Positions 24,945-38,814 are shown, numbered from the stretch's first letter. The stretch: DNA of 64,000 nucleotides from Octopus bimaculoides (GCF_001194135.2 NC_069007.1:11110434-11174433); one strand, 5' to 3'. Translations and numbers: made by a program. Notes: generated by a model from the sequence alone, not told the origin.

Positions 24945-25521
24945 TACACAGCTATATCAAATCCACTTGTTGATCATTTAGCTTCTCCCTCACCGTCGAC
25001 GAAACCCGCACCATCACAACCATCGTCATCACCGTGACAATTGTCCATCGGCTCTACCACCACCACCACCGTCATCATCATCATTGTCATCGTCATTTTC
25101 GTCCTATTGACGTTGCTGCTGCTGCTGCNNNNNNNNNNCGTCATCACCGTGACAATTGTCCATCGGCTCTACCACCACCACCACCGTCGTCATCACCATC
25201 ATTGTCATCGTCATTTTCGTCCTATTGACGTTGCTGCTGCTGCTGCTACTGATGGTGCTGCAGTTCTTATTATTACTACTGTTGTTGTTGTTGTTCCGTT
25301 TGTTGCTTTAAGTGTTGACGGAGTAGATGGTTTCTCCATAACACTAACGTCACAGCTCATTCTATACCACGGATTTATACGCACACGCACATACATACAT
25401 ACATACATACACACATACGCATATATATATTCATTCATAGTTACACACACATATACACACACACACACATATATATATATACATAAACACACATTCAATT
25501 ATTACATTATAGCTAAATTAT

Positions 25522-25574
<53 letters not shown>

Positions 25575-25787
25575 CACACAAGCACGCATAATTACAAACA
25601 AACCGCTCACATATACACAAAGCACGCGCATCTAATTTTTAAACTATACGCACACACCCGCATATACACATACATACACACGTATATTTACCTACCTACA
25701 TATATATATATACCTACATACTTATATACATACACATTTATAACTTAGTGGTTAGAATATTTACAAATTTACCACTTGTCGGCGGCG

Positions 25788-25835
<48 letters not shown>
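24781..25835. repeat. Compound microsatellite block (CA, CAT/CAC, GCT, TA, CTA)
   Basis: Directly visible; explains the His/Thr/Tyr/Ile-rich ORFs at 24705..25748. Confidence 0.9.
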
Positions 25836-25836
<1 letters not shown>

Positions 25837-26119
25837 TCGGGTTAAGCTGGTATTAGTCGTGGTGGTCATATAGTTTTCATTCAAACGGGAGAAAAAAAAA
25901 TCTGACGTATGAAAAAACAAAAAGNNNNNNNNNNNNNNNNNNNNNNNNNNNNNNNNNNNNNNNNNNNNNNNNNNNNNNNNNNNNNNNNNNNNNNNNNNNN
26001 NNNNNNNNNNNNNNNNNNNNNNNNNNNNNNNNNNNNNNNNNNNNNNNNNNNNNNNNNNNNNNNNNNNNNNNNNNNNNNNNNNNNNNNNNNNNNNNNNNNN
26101 NNNNNNNNNNNNNNNNNNN

Positions 26120-26177
<58 letters not shown>

Positions 26178-26549
26178 TACAGACACATGCTCACACTTTC
26201 ACGTATACATATATGTGTATGCACACGCACAAATACACACACACACACACACACGTACAATAATACACAATAACGACAGTATATATAACACACGCTCATA
26301 CTTACGTATCGGCACTTACACATACATGTATACACACACACAACAATTATTCTCCAATTACAACTACTACAACACTGAGGAGTAATTCTATTAACCGGAT
26401 TCAGAAGACCTGAGGAGTATCTATAAAGTGGATAAAGAGAGGAAATAATCCAGGAGTATTTGTGATAGGAAGGAAGGAATATTTACGAAAGAAAGAACAT
26501 TATGAAACTGTTTACTGAAGGTAGGTACTTGGTGGTGGCGTTGGTGGTG

Positions 26550-27336
26550 ACGTGTGCTGTTTAGCCCAGGTCCGTCCTGAACGATCAGACCGATGATCAA
26601 AGGCATTCCAACCGTGACCATCGCTTGTTTTCCCTCTGTCCATGGAGCCCAGGACTATATTAATCCAACTTGTTCTTTACTAAGATGTAAGGTGTGATTT
26701 GCATGTGAGATTTCGTTGTTATTTCTAGCAGGCCCAACACCCGCGTAAACCTATTGTTTTTGTTGTTTAAAAAACCCTGTCAGCATTGATTTTACAGATT
26801 TGTGATGAAAGACAATCCATCCAACCGGGACCTCTCGTCTTTTTTTTGCTATCATAGTATATCTAGGACTACATTAGCTAATGTGACCCTCATTCTTTTA
26901 AGATGCTAGAAAGTGTTTCGAATGAGTTTTGACTTATTTCTTGCATCTCTAACATCGCCATAGAAGCTCTCGTGTTATTGATGTTTTTATAGCTGTTTAG
27001 CTCCCGGTGAGACTTGATCCAGCTGACCCTATCTTCAGAGACCTTCCAACCGTGCCTATATCTTCCTATTTTTCAGCAAAAGTATAACATCGGACCCCTA
27101 GTGTGTCTATTAAGACGATATGATGTAGAATTAGCTGCTATTTCTAACAGGTCGAGCAATTGCATTGAGGCCCCCTCGTTGTTATTGTTGTCAATCCCAG
27201 GCGAAATGCATTCCAGCCGTGACCATTTCGTCTTTTTTCCTCCCGTGTGTAATGAACCTAGTGTCCTATTCTAAGACTGTAGGCCATGATTTAATGATTT
27301 AGCTGCTATTTCTAGCACGCGGAGCGACCACATAGA

Positions 27337-27378
<42 letters not shown>

Positions 27379-27900
27379 TTCATGTAGTGTGGTGTGGTCG
27401 TGTCAGTTGTAATGTTTTTTTTTCTTCTGGCCTGATCTAGCAGACCTTTCTGTGATCAAAGACACTCCAACCATGACTGTCCCATCGTCTTCCTAAGTGC
27501 AACGGCCCCAGGACCACATTATCAGTGAGTTGGGGAAGATCTTGGCTGTAGGTTGGGTGTTGTATTCGTCACCTACCTGTTGCTGTGATTGTCTGTGGTG
27601 GTAGTAGTGGTAGTCGTTGTTGTTGTTCTTGTCAGGTGTCGTGATGTTTCGCCCCAGATCAGCCCCAATTTTTTTTTTTCAGTCTTCTAGTCAAAAAGCA
27701 TTCTTGCCGTGACTCTCCCGTCTTTAGAAGTATACAAAGCAATGTTATACGATGTCCTCTTTTCCTCTTCCCCAATTCAGCAGTGTGTGTGTGTGTGATG
27801 TGATGTGATTTGAGGGACATTTGGCTTCGATTTCTAGCAGTCCAGACGACCAGGTAGAGAACTCTTGTGTTTTCGTGTAGAGGCTTCGACGAATGTTATT
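26550..27900 (-). mobile_element. Several decayed copies of one SINE-like repeat
   Basis: Recurrent ttagcccaggtc..gatcaaaggcattccaaccgtgaccatc and gtgtgatttgagggagatttggctgctatttctagca motifs at about 26.56, 27.0, 27.2, 27.43 and 27.8 kb; also near 22.34 and 30.2 kb. Confidence 0.55.
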
Positions 27901-29037
27901 TCTGTTGTAATTTTTTGTGTTGTTGTATGGCGCTAGAGCGTAATGTACGAAGTGCAGTTGGTGTCAGGGTTTGGAGAGCAGAGCAGAGAGAGAGAGAGAG
28001 ATAGAGACGATGATGATAATGGTGATGGTGATGGTGATGGGGTTGGTGATGATGATGGTTGTTAGTGATGATGATGATGGTGAGTGAAGATGATGATTAT
28101 TGATGTTAATGATGATAGTAACAGGAGTGATAAGGACGATAGTATTGATAATGATCTTCGTTGTAGTGATGACGATGATGATGATAGTAATAGCGATGAT
28201 AATATTGATAATGATGATTATGGTGGTGGCATAATGGTAATGAGTTAGTTGTAGAGGACGGTGACGATGTGTGTGTGTGTGTGTTTAAAGTTGTGTTAAT
28301 TGCTTTAGGGTTTCTGGCATGGTAATGTGGTGAAGTGGTATGAAGGGTTAATGTGTGTTGTTGTTGTAGTTGCTGTTAGACTAATCTTTGTTCTGTCCAT
28401 AAATATTTCGGTACCAGTGGGGTGGGGGTGGGGAGAGCGGATTAAAATGATGATGATGATGGTGATTAGAATGATGATGATACCATTCTCCCAGCACACC
28501 TGTCTGGGGGGTGGGGAGCCTCTACTTGTGTGTTCAAACTTGCTAGAAATAGTAATCAAAGCTACCTGAAATCAGACTGTACTGTCATTTTTTTTTTTAA
28601 GAAACATTTAATAATGCAGTGTTGGGCTCCCTGCATGTAAGAAAAAAAAATGATGGAATGGTTATGATTGGAATGTCTTTGACCCATAACCAACTCAATC
28701 AAAGATGACCTGAGGTTAAACAACAACAACAACAACCATCTCTTACAAAGCAACCCCTCTTCATCCCTTCACAGTCTGGTCCCTTATACAACATGCCACC
28801 ACAATTCCACTTACTTAAAACCACTGTCCTGCTCTGGACAACATATGACCACCACCATCACTACTATTCACCCCTCCTCCAATGCTCTTCCTACAGCAGT
28901 CACCATTTCAATAACAGCCACAGAATAATGAAAATAACCATTTAATTCCATTCATTGCTTTACAATCATCTGTTTTCTTCATTCTATATCTTTATCAGTT
29001 TTCTTCATTCTACATCTTTATCTTACTCCAGTTACCC

Positions 29038-29039
<2 letters not shown>

Positions 29040-29092
<53 letters not shown>

Positions 29093-29305
29093 CATATATA
29101 TATGTTTATATGTATATGTGAAACTGTGTCTACCTTTTTGCTTACCTGTCTTCATGATCATACACCTGTCTAAATGTCTATAGACCGGCCACCTTATCTG
29201 TGTATACCTGTCTATCAAATTATCAATCTATCTGCCGATTATTTTGTTTGTCTGTTTATGTGTGTGTTAATATGCATGTGTATGTGTGTAGACAGACACA
29301 CACAC

Positions 29306-29386
<81 letters not shown>

Positions 29387-29665
29387 TACATACACACATA
29401 CATAATACACACATACATATGCACATACATATACATACACGCATATACACATATAAATAGTGATAGAAAATGTGTGTGCATATATATATATATATATACA
29501 TACATACATATACACACACACACCAAATACACACACATTTCCACTCACACAGTTTCTCTTATATCTTAGAAACTACACCAGTGACCCTAGTTCAATAACT
29601 GATGCACCTACTTGGCAATAACATTTTATAAATCCTCTATTTTATGTACTGCCTTCTACTTCCAG

Positions 29666-29706
<41 letters not shown>

Positions 29707-29762
29707 TATATATATATGTGGTGTGTGNNNNNNNNNNTGGTGTGTGTGTGTTTAAATATATA

Positions 29763-29810
<48 letters not shown>
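29040..29810. repeat. Compound (CT)n/(TA)n/(CA)n microsatellite block
   Basis: Directly visible. Confidence 0.9.
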
Positions 29811-31221
29811 ATCCACTTACATAAACATATTCATATTAAAACATGTAGAGAAGTGCACACAATCAAATTCACATATGCACACAAACACACTCATTCTGTA
29901 AGGTATTAAGTTTGAGCCAGTGAACATTTAATATCTTCCATACCACCACCACCGCTGCCGATGACGATGACACCACCATCACCACCACCATCATCATCAT
30001 CATCCAAACCATCTACTTGGACCATCAAGTTATCTGTTGCTTGCTCACCTGTACAACTGTTACTACTCCTCCTGTATGTTCTCACACCTGTAAATATTAG
30101 GATAACCTCAGCTCTGATGGATACAGAAACACAGGCAGTCACAAATATGCACACACACACACACACACACACACACAACTAATGCTATACTGCTGTCCTA
30201 TGTAAGCTACGCTGGTAGAAATAGTAGCCAACTCCCTCATCATATCAAACCTTACTTGCTTAAAAATTGGGAGCTATATGAGATAATGTAGTCCTAGATA
30301 AAGAAAAGATGGGATGCTCATGGCTGGAAGGTTTTTAATTATAGATCTACTGAATCAGCTGACCTGAGACTAAACAACAACAACAATAGTAATAATAACA
30401 TCATAGTTTTACTTTGCTACACGGAGGGTCCAAACTGAATGAGATTCAGTGTGTATATATACATATACATACATACATGTATATATATATATGTATATAA
30501 GAAGGGCAGTTCAGTTCAATTCATGTGTGTGTGTGTGTGTGTGTGTAGGGGAATAAGTGTATAAAATATGTAAGTTTAATTGGGTGTGGATGTAGTGTTT
30601 TAACCAAAAGGCAGGACAGGTGGTTGGACAGCTCTTTGAGTAAAGGCATTTCACCAGTGACCATTCCATCTTATTTTCCATTATAATACTGGAAATTTCC
30701 CAAGATACTACAGTGTATATGAGTGAGTTGAAGCAAATTTTTGCTGCTTGTTCTAGCATGTCAAATGACTGTCTAAAGGCTCATTCCTTTCCTAACACCC
30801 ATCACTTGACAGAACTGCTTAGATTATACAAGAATGGTGGGTGAAATCAGTCAGTGGGGAGAGAGAAAAGATGGTGCTGACGAAGGGACAAAGTGAGCCC
30901 TAGGGGCAAAAGAATTGGAAGGGTAGCTGTAAGGGTGTTTGGAGGGATTGAGTGATGGTTAGAGATGGGAAATAGGGGCAAATATACTGAATAATGAACA
31001 AGGATTGCAGTAGGGGAAGCGGGTGGTGATCAGAATGGGATGGAAGGTAGGGGAGAGTAGGTGATGACTATATAGGAGGAAAAATGTAGTGAATAAGTTG
31101 AGAGGCAGGTGAGGGAGAGTAGGTGATGACTGGCACGAGCAAGGGTGAAGAACAAATGAATAATAATAAAATAAACAAAAGATGGATGAGTGAAATGATG
31201 ATTTTATATATATATATATAT

Positions 31222-31374
31222 AGTGGCTGTGTGGTAAGAAGTTTTAATTCCCAACCACATGGTCCAGGGTTCAGTCCTACTGTGTGGCACATTATTGGGG
31301 AAGTATCCTCTATCATAGGTTTGGGCTGATCAGGACCTTGTGAGTGGATTTGGTAAATGGAAACTGAGAGAAGC

Positions 31375-31414
<40 letters not shown>

Positions 31415-31640
31415 CATATATATATATGTGTGTGGGTGGGTGTTTGTGTCTTTGTGACTGTGTTTGTCCCCTTCCCCATCATCACTTGACAACTGATGTT
31501 GGGGTGTTTGGGTCCCTATGAATTAGCGGTTCCGCAAAAGAGACCGATAGAATAAGTACTAGGCTTACAAAGTCCTGGGGTTGATTTCTTTGACTAAAAC
31601 ACTTTAAGGCGGTGCTCCAGCATGGCTGCAGTCTGAGACA
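31222..31640 (+). mobile_element. tRNA-derived SINE with an internal (TA)n(TG)n tract
   Basis: Head gtggctgtgtggtaagaag..ggttcagtcc (A/B-box-like), body gtgagtggatttggta..gaaactga, tail ggcggtgctccagcatggctgcagtc. Confidence 0.8.
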
Positions 31641-32452
31641 AGTGAAAGTATAAAAGAGTATATAGTATTTATAATATATATAATTTATATATTTATATAT
31701 ATACACACACATACATTTATATATAAATACACACACACATATAGATATACATATATATAGAGTATATATAATATAAATAGTTCATATATATATATATATA
31801 TATANNNNNNNNNNNNNNNNNNNNNNNNNNNNNNNNNNNNNNNNNNNNNNNNNNNNNNNNNNNNNNNNNNNNNNNNNNNNNNNNNNNNNNNNNNNNNNNN
31901 NNNNNNNNNNNNNNNNNNNNNNNNNNNNNNNNNNNNNNNNNNNNNNNNNNNNNNNNNNNNNNNNNNNNNTATATATACACACATGCATACATATTACTCA
32001 TATATATATATATATATAGAAAGAGAGAGAGAGAAAGAGGGAGAAAGTATATGTAAATATATATACTTTATATATCAAATGTGTGTGTGTTTAATCAAAC
32101 ATAGAAATGTGTGCCTGTGCACAGAAACACGCACACAACACGTTGACATTCTCTCACAGACAACTATCTACACATGATGTATACACATATACACAAGCGC
32201 ACATGTGATGTATTCAAACAGGTGCTACTTGTCGCATCACTCCCACCATCGCTATGCTTTTTATACTGTCTATAAAAACTGACACATATATATATTTATA
32301 TGTGTATGTTTGTATCTACGTATACACACAGCATTCTATTGTAATAATTTAGGACACATCTTAACAATCAGATTGTATGTTCCTGTATACATATCCATCA
32401 TTCCCTCTAATTATCACTTTACTGCTTTTAAATATATATAGACACACACATG

Positions 32453-32484
<32 letters not shown>

Positions 32485-32980
32485 NNNNNNNNNNNNNNNN
32501 NNNNNNNNNNNNNNNNNNNNNNNNNNNNNNNNNNNNNNNNNNNNNNNNNNNNNNNNNNNNNNNNNNNNNNNNNNNNNNNNNNNNNNNNNNNNNNNNNNNN
32601 NNNNNNNNNNNNNNNNNNNNNNNNNNNNNNNNNNNNNNNNNNNNNNNNNNNNNNNNNNNNNNNNNNNNNNNNNNNNNNNNNNNNNNNNNNNNNNNNNNNN
32701 NNNNNNNNNNNNNNNNNNNNNNNNNNNNNNNNNNNNNNNNNNNNNNNNNNNNNNNNNNNNNNNNNNNNNNNNNNNNNNNNNNNNNNNNNNNNNNNNNNNN
32801 NNNNNNNNNNNNNNNNNNNNNNNNNNNNNNNNNNNNNNNNNNNNNNNNNNNNNNNNNNNNNNNNNNNNNNNNNNNNNNNNNNNNNNNNNNNNNNNNNNNN
32901 NNNNNNNNNNNNNNNNNNNNNNNNNNNNNNNNNNNNNNNNNNNNNNNNNNNNNNNNNNNNNNNNNNNNNNNNNNNNNNNN

Positions 32981-33068
<88 letters not shown>

Positions 33069-33548
33069 GTACATACATACACACACATATATCTATATAT
33101 ATACTTCTTGTATGTGTGTTTGTTTGTATATATATATCATCATTTAATGTCTGTTCTCCGTGTTGGCATGGGTTGGACTCATTCACACATTATATATAAA
33201 TATATATTTATTCTTCTGTGTGTGTGTGTACAGACACACACACACACATACACACACAGAAGCACATAATCAGATATACGAGAATATAAACACTGAAAAA
33301 TTGTTTGATGAAAATGAATATAATAAGAGATATATGTGCCTAGAACACACATACACACTGTGTTTGACGTACAAACATAAATGCAGGTAACATTGCCTGC
33401 CAATCACAGGTGAATATGACTGTATAGATCCATCGATCTTTATTTCATCTTTCATTCTTTTATTCTGTCATTCCTTCATACACTCACCTGTTCATCACTA
33501 TCTTATTTACTTGGCCTCTCCTGTCATCTCTCTGCAGTTTTACTGTGG

Positions 33549-33586
<38 letters not shown>

Positions 33587-33759
33587 CTATACACACTTAA
33601 ACTGACGCATACACACTTGTGAATATATTTGTCATCATCATTTTAACGACTACTTTTCCATGCTTGCACGGGTCAGGTGAGAGTATGTTGGGGCAGTTTT
33701 CTCTGACCAAATGCTCTCACACTCTCTGTATATGTACATGTATATATATATGTATACTG

Positions 33760-33902
33760 TTTGTCTGTCCGTCAGTCTATCTATCTATCTGTCTATGTAT
33801 GTATGTATGTATCTATTTGTCTGTCTATCAGCTGTCTATCTATCTGTTTATCTGTCTGTCTATTCGTCCATCTGTCCGTCTATTCGTCCATCTGTCCGTC
33901 TG

Positions 33903-33940
<38 letters not shown>

Positions 33941-34050
33941 CAGCAGTCTATCTATCTATCTATCTATTTATCTATCTATCTATTTACCAATCTATCTTTC
34001 TATTTATTTATCTATCTACCTTTCTATCTATCTATTTATCTATCTACCTT

Positions 34051-34081
<31 letters not shown>

Positions 34082-34086
34082 ATCTA

Positions 34087-34123
<37 letters not shown>

Positions 34124-34125
34124 AA
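33760..34125. repeat. (TCTA)n/(TCTG)n tetranucleotide microsatellite
   Basis: Directly visible; source of the SIYL-repeat ORFs. Confidence 0.9.
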
Positions 34126-35631
34126 CTCCCTAAGAAACTCTCTCCCCATGCTTCTCCAGAATAGTTAAAACTCTTGCCAGAGTTTGGTGAGCCAAAATAT
34201 GTGCTGGTCGTTTAGGAAGCTGAGTGCTCATATGTAATATTCAACAGGAGATTCCATCATACATACATACATACATACATACATACATACATGCGAAAAT
34301 GGAGGTGCAATAGCTCAGTGGTCAGAGCAGTGAACTCGCAGTCATAGGATCACGGTTTCGATTCCCAAACAATGAAGAATCATTATAAAAGCCTAGGAGG
34401 TGCATGTGACTGTTGCCATTCTTCTGGCTTCTTGCTCTTTGATGCATATGGCAGCTACCATCCCAAACTGCTTCTGTTTATATATGTGTAGCACTAAGGC
34501 CACACATCTTCAAGGCATATTTCAGTAGGAAATTTAAGTCTCTTCTCCTTGTGAGAAACATACTTATAGATAATTATTTTAGTCCAGTGTTAGTTTTTTT
34601 CCTTCTCATCAAAAGTTATAACTGCTAGTTTCACAGCATCAATTTCTTACTGGAGACCCTTACCTTTCAGATCTTGCTTGCACTCAATGCATGGTCCCAC
34701 TGGCTAACCTCCCTCAAAAGAGATAAAGCGCTGTTGTTGTTTCTTATGTTGTTTTTTTTTTGTTGTTTTGCGTACAGTTTTTGCTATTATTACTGTTGTG
34801 ATTGATGTTGCTGCTATTAACTTCATTCTTGATGCTGTCTTTGTTTTCATTCTTGTTGTTCACACTGTTGCTGTTATTGTTGTCACTGTTGCTGCTGCTG
34901 TGGCTTGTATTTTTATAGTAGTTACTGTTGTCATAGCAACAAGACAAAATTCCGTTACTTACATTCAATAAATTTATTTCAGCCCCAACTTGCCTGCCAT
35001 TGACATCATGTTCCTCCACCATAGCTATAATTGGCACTCAAAATTGGGTTGACTGAATGCTGTTTGCCTTCAGTTGGTGTTGTGTTTTGACATTTTATTT
35101 TTTAATTGGGAAAATTGTATCTTTGTTTTCACAAGAATTTCGAAATAGTTATCACTGAGTTACACCTCCAAGAGCAGGTGTAATTGAACAGAAATGTTAC
35201 CACCATGATCTAGACAATGTCAGTAATAAAATTATCACAAAATAATTGACTGAATAGGCTTTAACCAGCCGAAACATTAGATAAAACCTCAAAACTTACA
35301 GAGTTTCAAATTTCCATGACTTCACAGTATGGTGACCATAACTACAATAATAATAATAATAATGATAAAGATGATAGTGCAAAAAATTGTGTTAACTGGA
35401 ACGACTCATGCACTGAGAAGAGCATTATCGCTATGAAAACAACATCCATTCATGAATTTATTTATTTAATTTTTTTACATACATATTTTACCTGTGAATT
35501 TGCATGTGTAAACTGGGAATGCATACAATGAGCTTCTCTGCCCTTGGTGTATGCAAAACACTCGGCGAGAAATGGAAGAACATTTGAAGAAAGAAAAGAC
35601 AACAACAGCAACATAATAATAATAATAATAA

Positions 35632-35847
35632 TCCATTCTGCTAAAGGCACAAGGTCTGAAATGTTGGGGAAGGGGACTAATCGATTACATTGACCCCAGT
35701 GTTTCACTGGTACTCAATGTATCGACCCCTAAAATGATGAAAGGCAAAGTTGACCTTGGTGGAATTTGAATTCAGAACGTGAAGACGGATGAAATGCCAC
35801 AAAGCATTTCGCTTGGTGTGCAAACGGTTTTGCCGGTTTGCCACCTT
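35632..35847 (-). mobile_element. tRNA-derived SINE bounded by (AAT)n on both sides
   Basis: Minus-strand head aaggtggcaaaccggcaaaaccg..gaattcaaattcc, body tttcatcattttaggggtcgata, ATT tail. Confidence 0.8.
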
Positions 35848-35864
35848 AATAATAATAATAATAA

Positions 35865-36074
35865 TCCTTTCTACTAAAGGAACAAGACTTGAAATTTTGG
35901 AGGAGGAGACCAGTCGATTACATCAACCCTAGTGTTTCAGTGGTACTTAATTTTATCAACCCTGAAAGGATGAAAGGCAAAGTCGACCTTAGTAGAACTC
36001 AGAATGTGCAGACAGACGAAATGCTACTAATCATTTCATCTGGTATGTTAAATATTCTGCCAACTTGCTGCCTT
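35865..36074 (-). mobile_element. Second copy of the same SINE, in tandem
   Basis: Same body (gaaaggatgaaaggcaaagtcgacct on the plus strand), separated from its neighbours by (AAT)n. Confidence 0.8.
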
Positions 36075-36113
36075 AACAATAATAATAATCATAATAATAA
36101 TAATAATAATAAT

Positions 36114-37130
36114 GAATGGAGGACTCCATTTAGGAGCAGGAGTAGCAAGATTATACCTAGAAAGGAAGGTGGAAGAGGGTTAATGTTAGTAGAAGACTAC
36201 GTGGAGTTAGCTAGAGCAGATATAGACTCTTATGTAAGTAATAGTGAAGAAGAAAGTTTACTAAGAGCTGCTAGAGTCACAGCAAGACATGGGGAAACCA
36301 AAAAACCAAATGACGTTAAAAACCAGGAAAAAGAACAAAAGTTATCTGACTGTCAGGAGAAGGCTTTGCAAGACAAATTCCCAAAGATAGTTGCAGTGAA
36401 TAGTAGTAGTGAGACATGGTTATGATTACAGAAAGGAAGGCTAAGAACGGAGACAGGAAGTTTGTTAATAGCAACACAAGATTAAGCAGTAAGGACTAAT
36501 TGGATAAAAGCCAACGTAGACAAAAACTAAGTAGATTCCCAATGTAGGTTATGCAAATCAAAAGAGGAAAGTGTTACTCATATAGAAAGTGAATGTAGCA
36601 TGCTGGTACAGAAAGAATACAAGAAAAGACATGACAACCTAGGGAGAGTAATCCACTGAGAGCTATGTAGAAAGCTAGGATTTGAACATACTGATAAATG
36701 GTATGAACATGAATCTAGTAAAGTACTAGAAAGTGAGAAATATAAGATATTGTGGAACTTTAACATTCAGACTGACAGAGTAATAAAAGCTAGAAGGCCT
36801 CGGTTAGTAGTAGTAGATAAAGAGAATAGAAAGTGCCAGATAATTGACTTTACAGTCCCAAATGATGAAAAATATGAGAGGTATAGAAAAAATAGCAAAG
36901 TGCCAGGACCTAGCCATTGAATTACAAAGACAATGGAAAGTGTGGGTAAAATGTATCCCAGTAGTTATAGGTGCATTAGGAACTATCCCAAAAGATTTGA
37001 ACAGATGGATAGAGGAAATAGGCATAAAACCCAGTTTAGTACAGCTCTAGAAAACAGTGTTATTAGAGAGAGCTGGGATACTTATGAGGGTTCTTGACAT
37101 CTAAGGTTACTTGTAGCTCAGTGTTAGGAA
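36114..37130 (+). mobile_element. 5'-truncated R4/Dong-like LINE (thumb, CCHC knuckle, RLE)
   Basis: RKEGGRGLMLVED, WL*LQKGRLRTETGSLLIATQD, CRLCKSKEESVTHIESECSML..RHDNL..IHW, ILWNFNIQTDRVIKARRP, EKIAKCQDLAIELQRQWKVWVKCIPVVIGALGTIPK. Confidence 0.9.
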
Positions 37131-37293
37131 TTTTCTTTTCCAACAGTCTAATAATCGTAATAATAATGATAATGTTTTTAAAGGATTGACATAACTCTTC
37201 ACAAATGTAAATAGACAATATGAAGAACGCAATGCAATTGCAATAGATTTTTTATTGGTTGAATGATATTTCAACAGCAAGACTGTTTTTGTC

Positions 37294-37626
37294 GAGTTCA
37301 AAATAAAAAGTAATAAAAATTCAGAATTATAGAAATTCAAATCCAAAATATGAATGAGAGCAATCAGTGTTCACACATTGATTGAATGACATCATCAGTC
37401 TTCAAATTTCAATTTTACAACTGGAGGAGGGGACCAGTCGCTTACATCAACCCTACTGTTTCACTGGTACATTTTTTTCTTTCATTTTCTTTTTGCCAGT
37501 TGTAAAATTGAAATTCGAAGACTGATGATGTCATTCCATCAACGTGTGGACGCTGGTTGTTCTCGTTCATATTTTGGATTTGAATTTCTATAATTTTGAA
37601 TTTTTATTACTTTTCATTTTGAACTC
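37294..37626. repeat. Long inverted repeat, 131-bp arms, 71-bp spacer
   Basis: 37294..37424 versus 37496..37626: 10 mismatches by manual alignment; the spacer is mostly a SINE fragment. Confidence 0.9.
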
Positions 37627-37794
37627 AACGTCTTTGTTGTTCATGTACATCATTGATCATTCTGATTATTTCTCTTAACTCATCTTCATATACATGCGTG
37701 TGTGTGTCGTATCAGGCAGACAAGAAAGTAATAGCCATGAAAACAACAGAAAGATTGGGTATCTTACCCTTATATGAGGGAAAAAGTTGTCAGC

Positions 37795-37866
37795 AGACAG
37801 TCACAGGACTTGAACCAGCACCTCTTAGATACCAACTGAGTACTCTACCAATGAAGCTAAACTGCC
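37795..37866 (-). tRNA. tRNA-Thr-like cloverleaf (anticodon GGT), degenerate; pseudogene, SINE head or ncRNA
   Basis: GGCAGTT TA GCTT CATTGGTA GAGT A CTCAG TTGGTAT CTAAG AGGT GCTGG TTCAAGT CCTGT GACTGTC T: 72 nt, A and B boxes present, 7-bp acceptor stem with 2 G-U pairs, one mismatch each in the anticodon and T stems. Confidence 0.5.
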
Positions 37867-38189
37867 CGCTGACAACAGNNNNNNNNNNNNNNNNNNNNNN
37901 NNNNNNNNNNNNNNNNNNNNNNNNNNNNNNNNNNNNNNNNNNNNNNNNNNNNNNNNNNNNNNNNNNNNNNNNNNNNNNNNNNNNNNNNNNNNNNNNNNNN
38001 NNNNNNNNNNNNNNNNNNNNNNNNNNNNNNNNNNNNNNNNNNNNNNNNNNNNNNNNNNNNNNNNNNNNNNNNNNNNNNNNNNNNNNNNNNNNNNNNNNNN
38101 NNNNNNNNNNNNNNNNNNNNNNNNNNNNNNNNNNNNNNNNNNNNNNATATATATATGCATATATATATATATATATATGCATATATACA

Positions 38190-38520
38190 CATAACCAGCA
38201 CTCCGTCGGGTTCCAGATGATCAGATCAATGGAACAGCGTGCTTATGAGATTAACATGCAAGAGGCTGAGCACTCCACAGACACATGTACCCCTTCACAT
38301 ACTTCTCAGTGGGATTCAGTGTGTCACAGTCACAGAGAGTGAGAAGGCTGGCCCCTTGAAATACAGGTACTATTCATTTTTGCCAGCTGAGTGAACTGGT
38401 GCAATGTGAAATAAAGTGTCCTTCTGAAGGAAACAAAGCACTGCCTAGAATTGAACTCGTGATCTTATGATCGCGAGCCAAATACCCTAACCACTAAGCA
38501 ATGTGCCTTCACATACATAC
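38190..38520 (-). mobile_element. tRNA-derived CORE-type SINE
   Basis: Minus-strand head ggcacattgcttagtggttagggtatttggctcgcgatcataagatcacgagttcaattc; body shared with 39100..39450. Confidence 0.75.
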
Positions 38521-38783
38521 ATCCATACAAATATATAAGATTTGAATAAATAGAGTCAACAGGAGCGAGTATGTTTAGACAGATATTTAACAAACACTAC
38601 ACAGGTTTCAATACAACATAGATCCACATATACACAGGATTTAAATTAAGCAATGGTTTATCTGTATAATAGAATCCAGTTGTATCACCTCAGGTGATAT
38701 ATATAATCACAGTCCTTGTAAGTAAATCTTAGACTTTGATGTTAACACATCCAACTGGCTCTTTTCATGTGTACACATATATG

Positions 38784-38814
<31 letters not shown>

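Noticed and set aside
25024-25246. About 105-bp near-duplicate across a 10-N gap, giving His-rich and Thr-rich ORFs
   Set aside because: The two versions differ by a few bases, consistent with two haplotypes joined in tandem; the ORFs are trinucleotide-repeat translations.
29174-33199. Many IY/CV/HT-repeat ORFs and ORFs spanning X runs
   Set aside because: Dinucleotide microsatellites and N-gaps lack stop codons; the same applies to 17914..18957, 20342..20974, 43169..43870 and 54537..57064.
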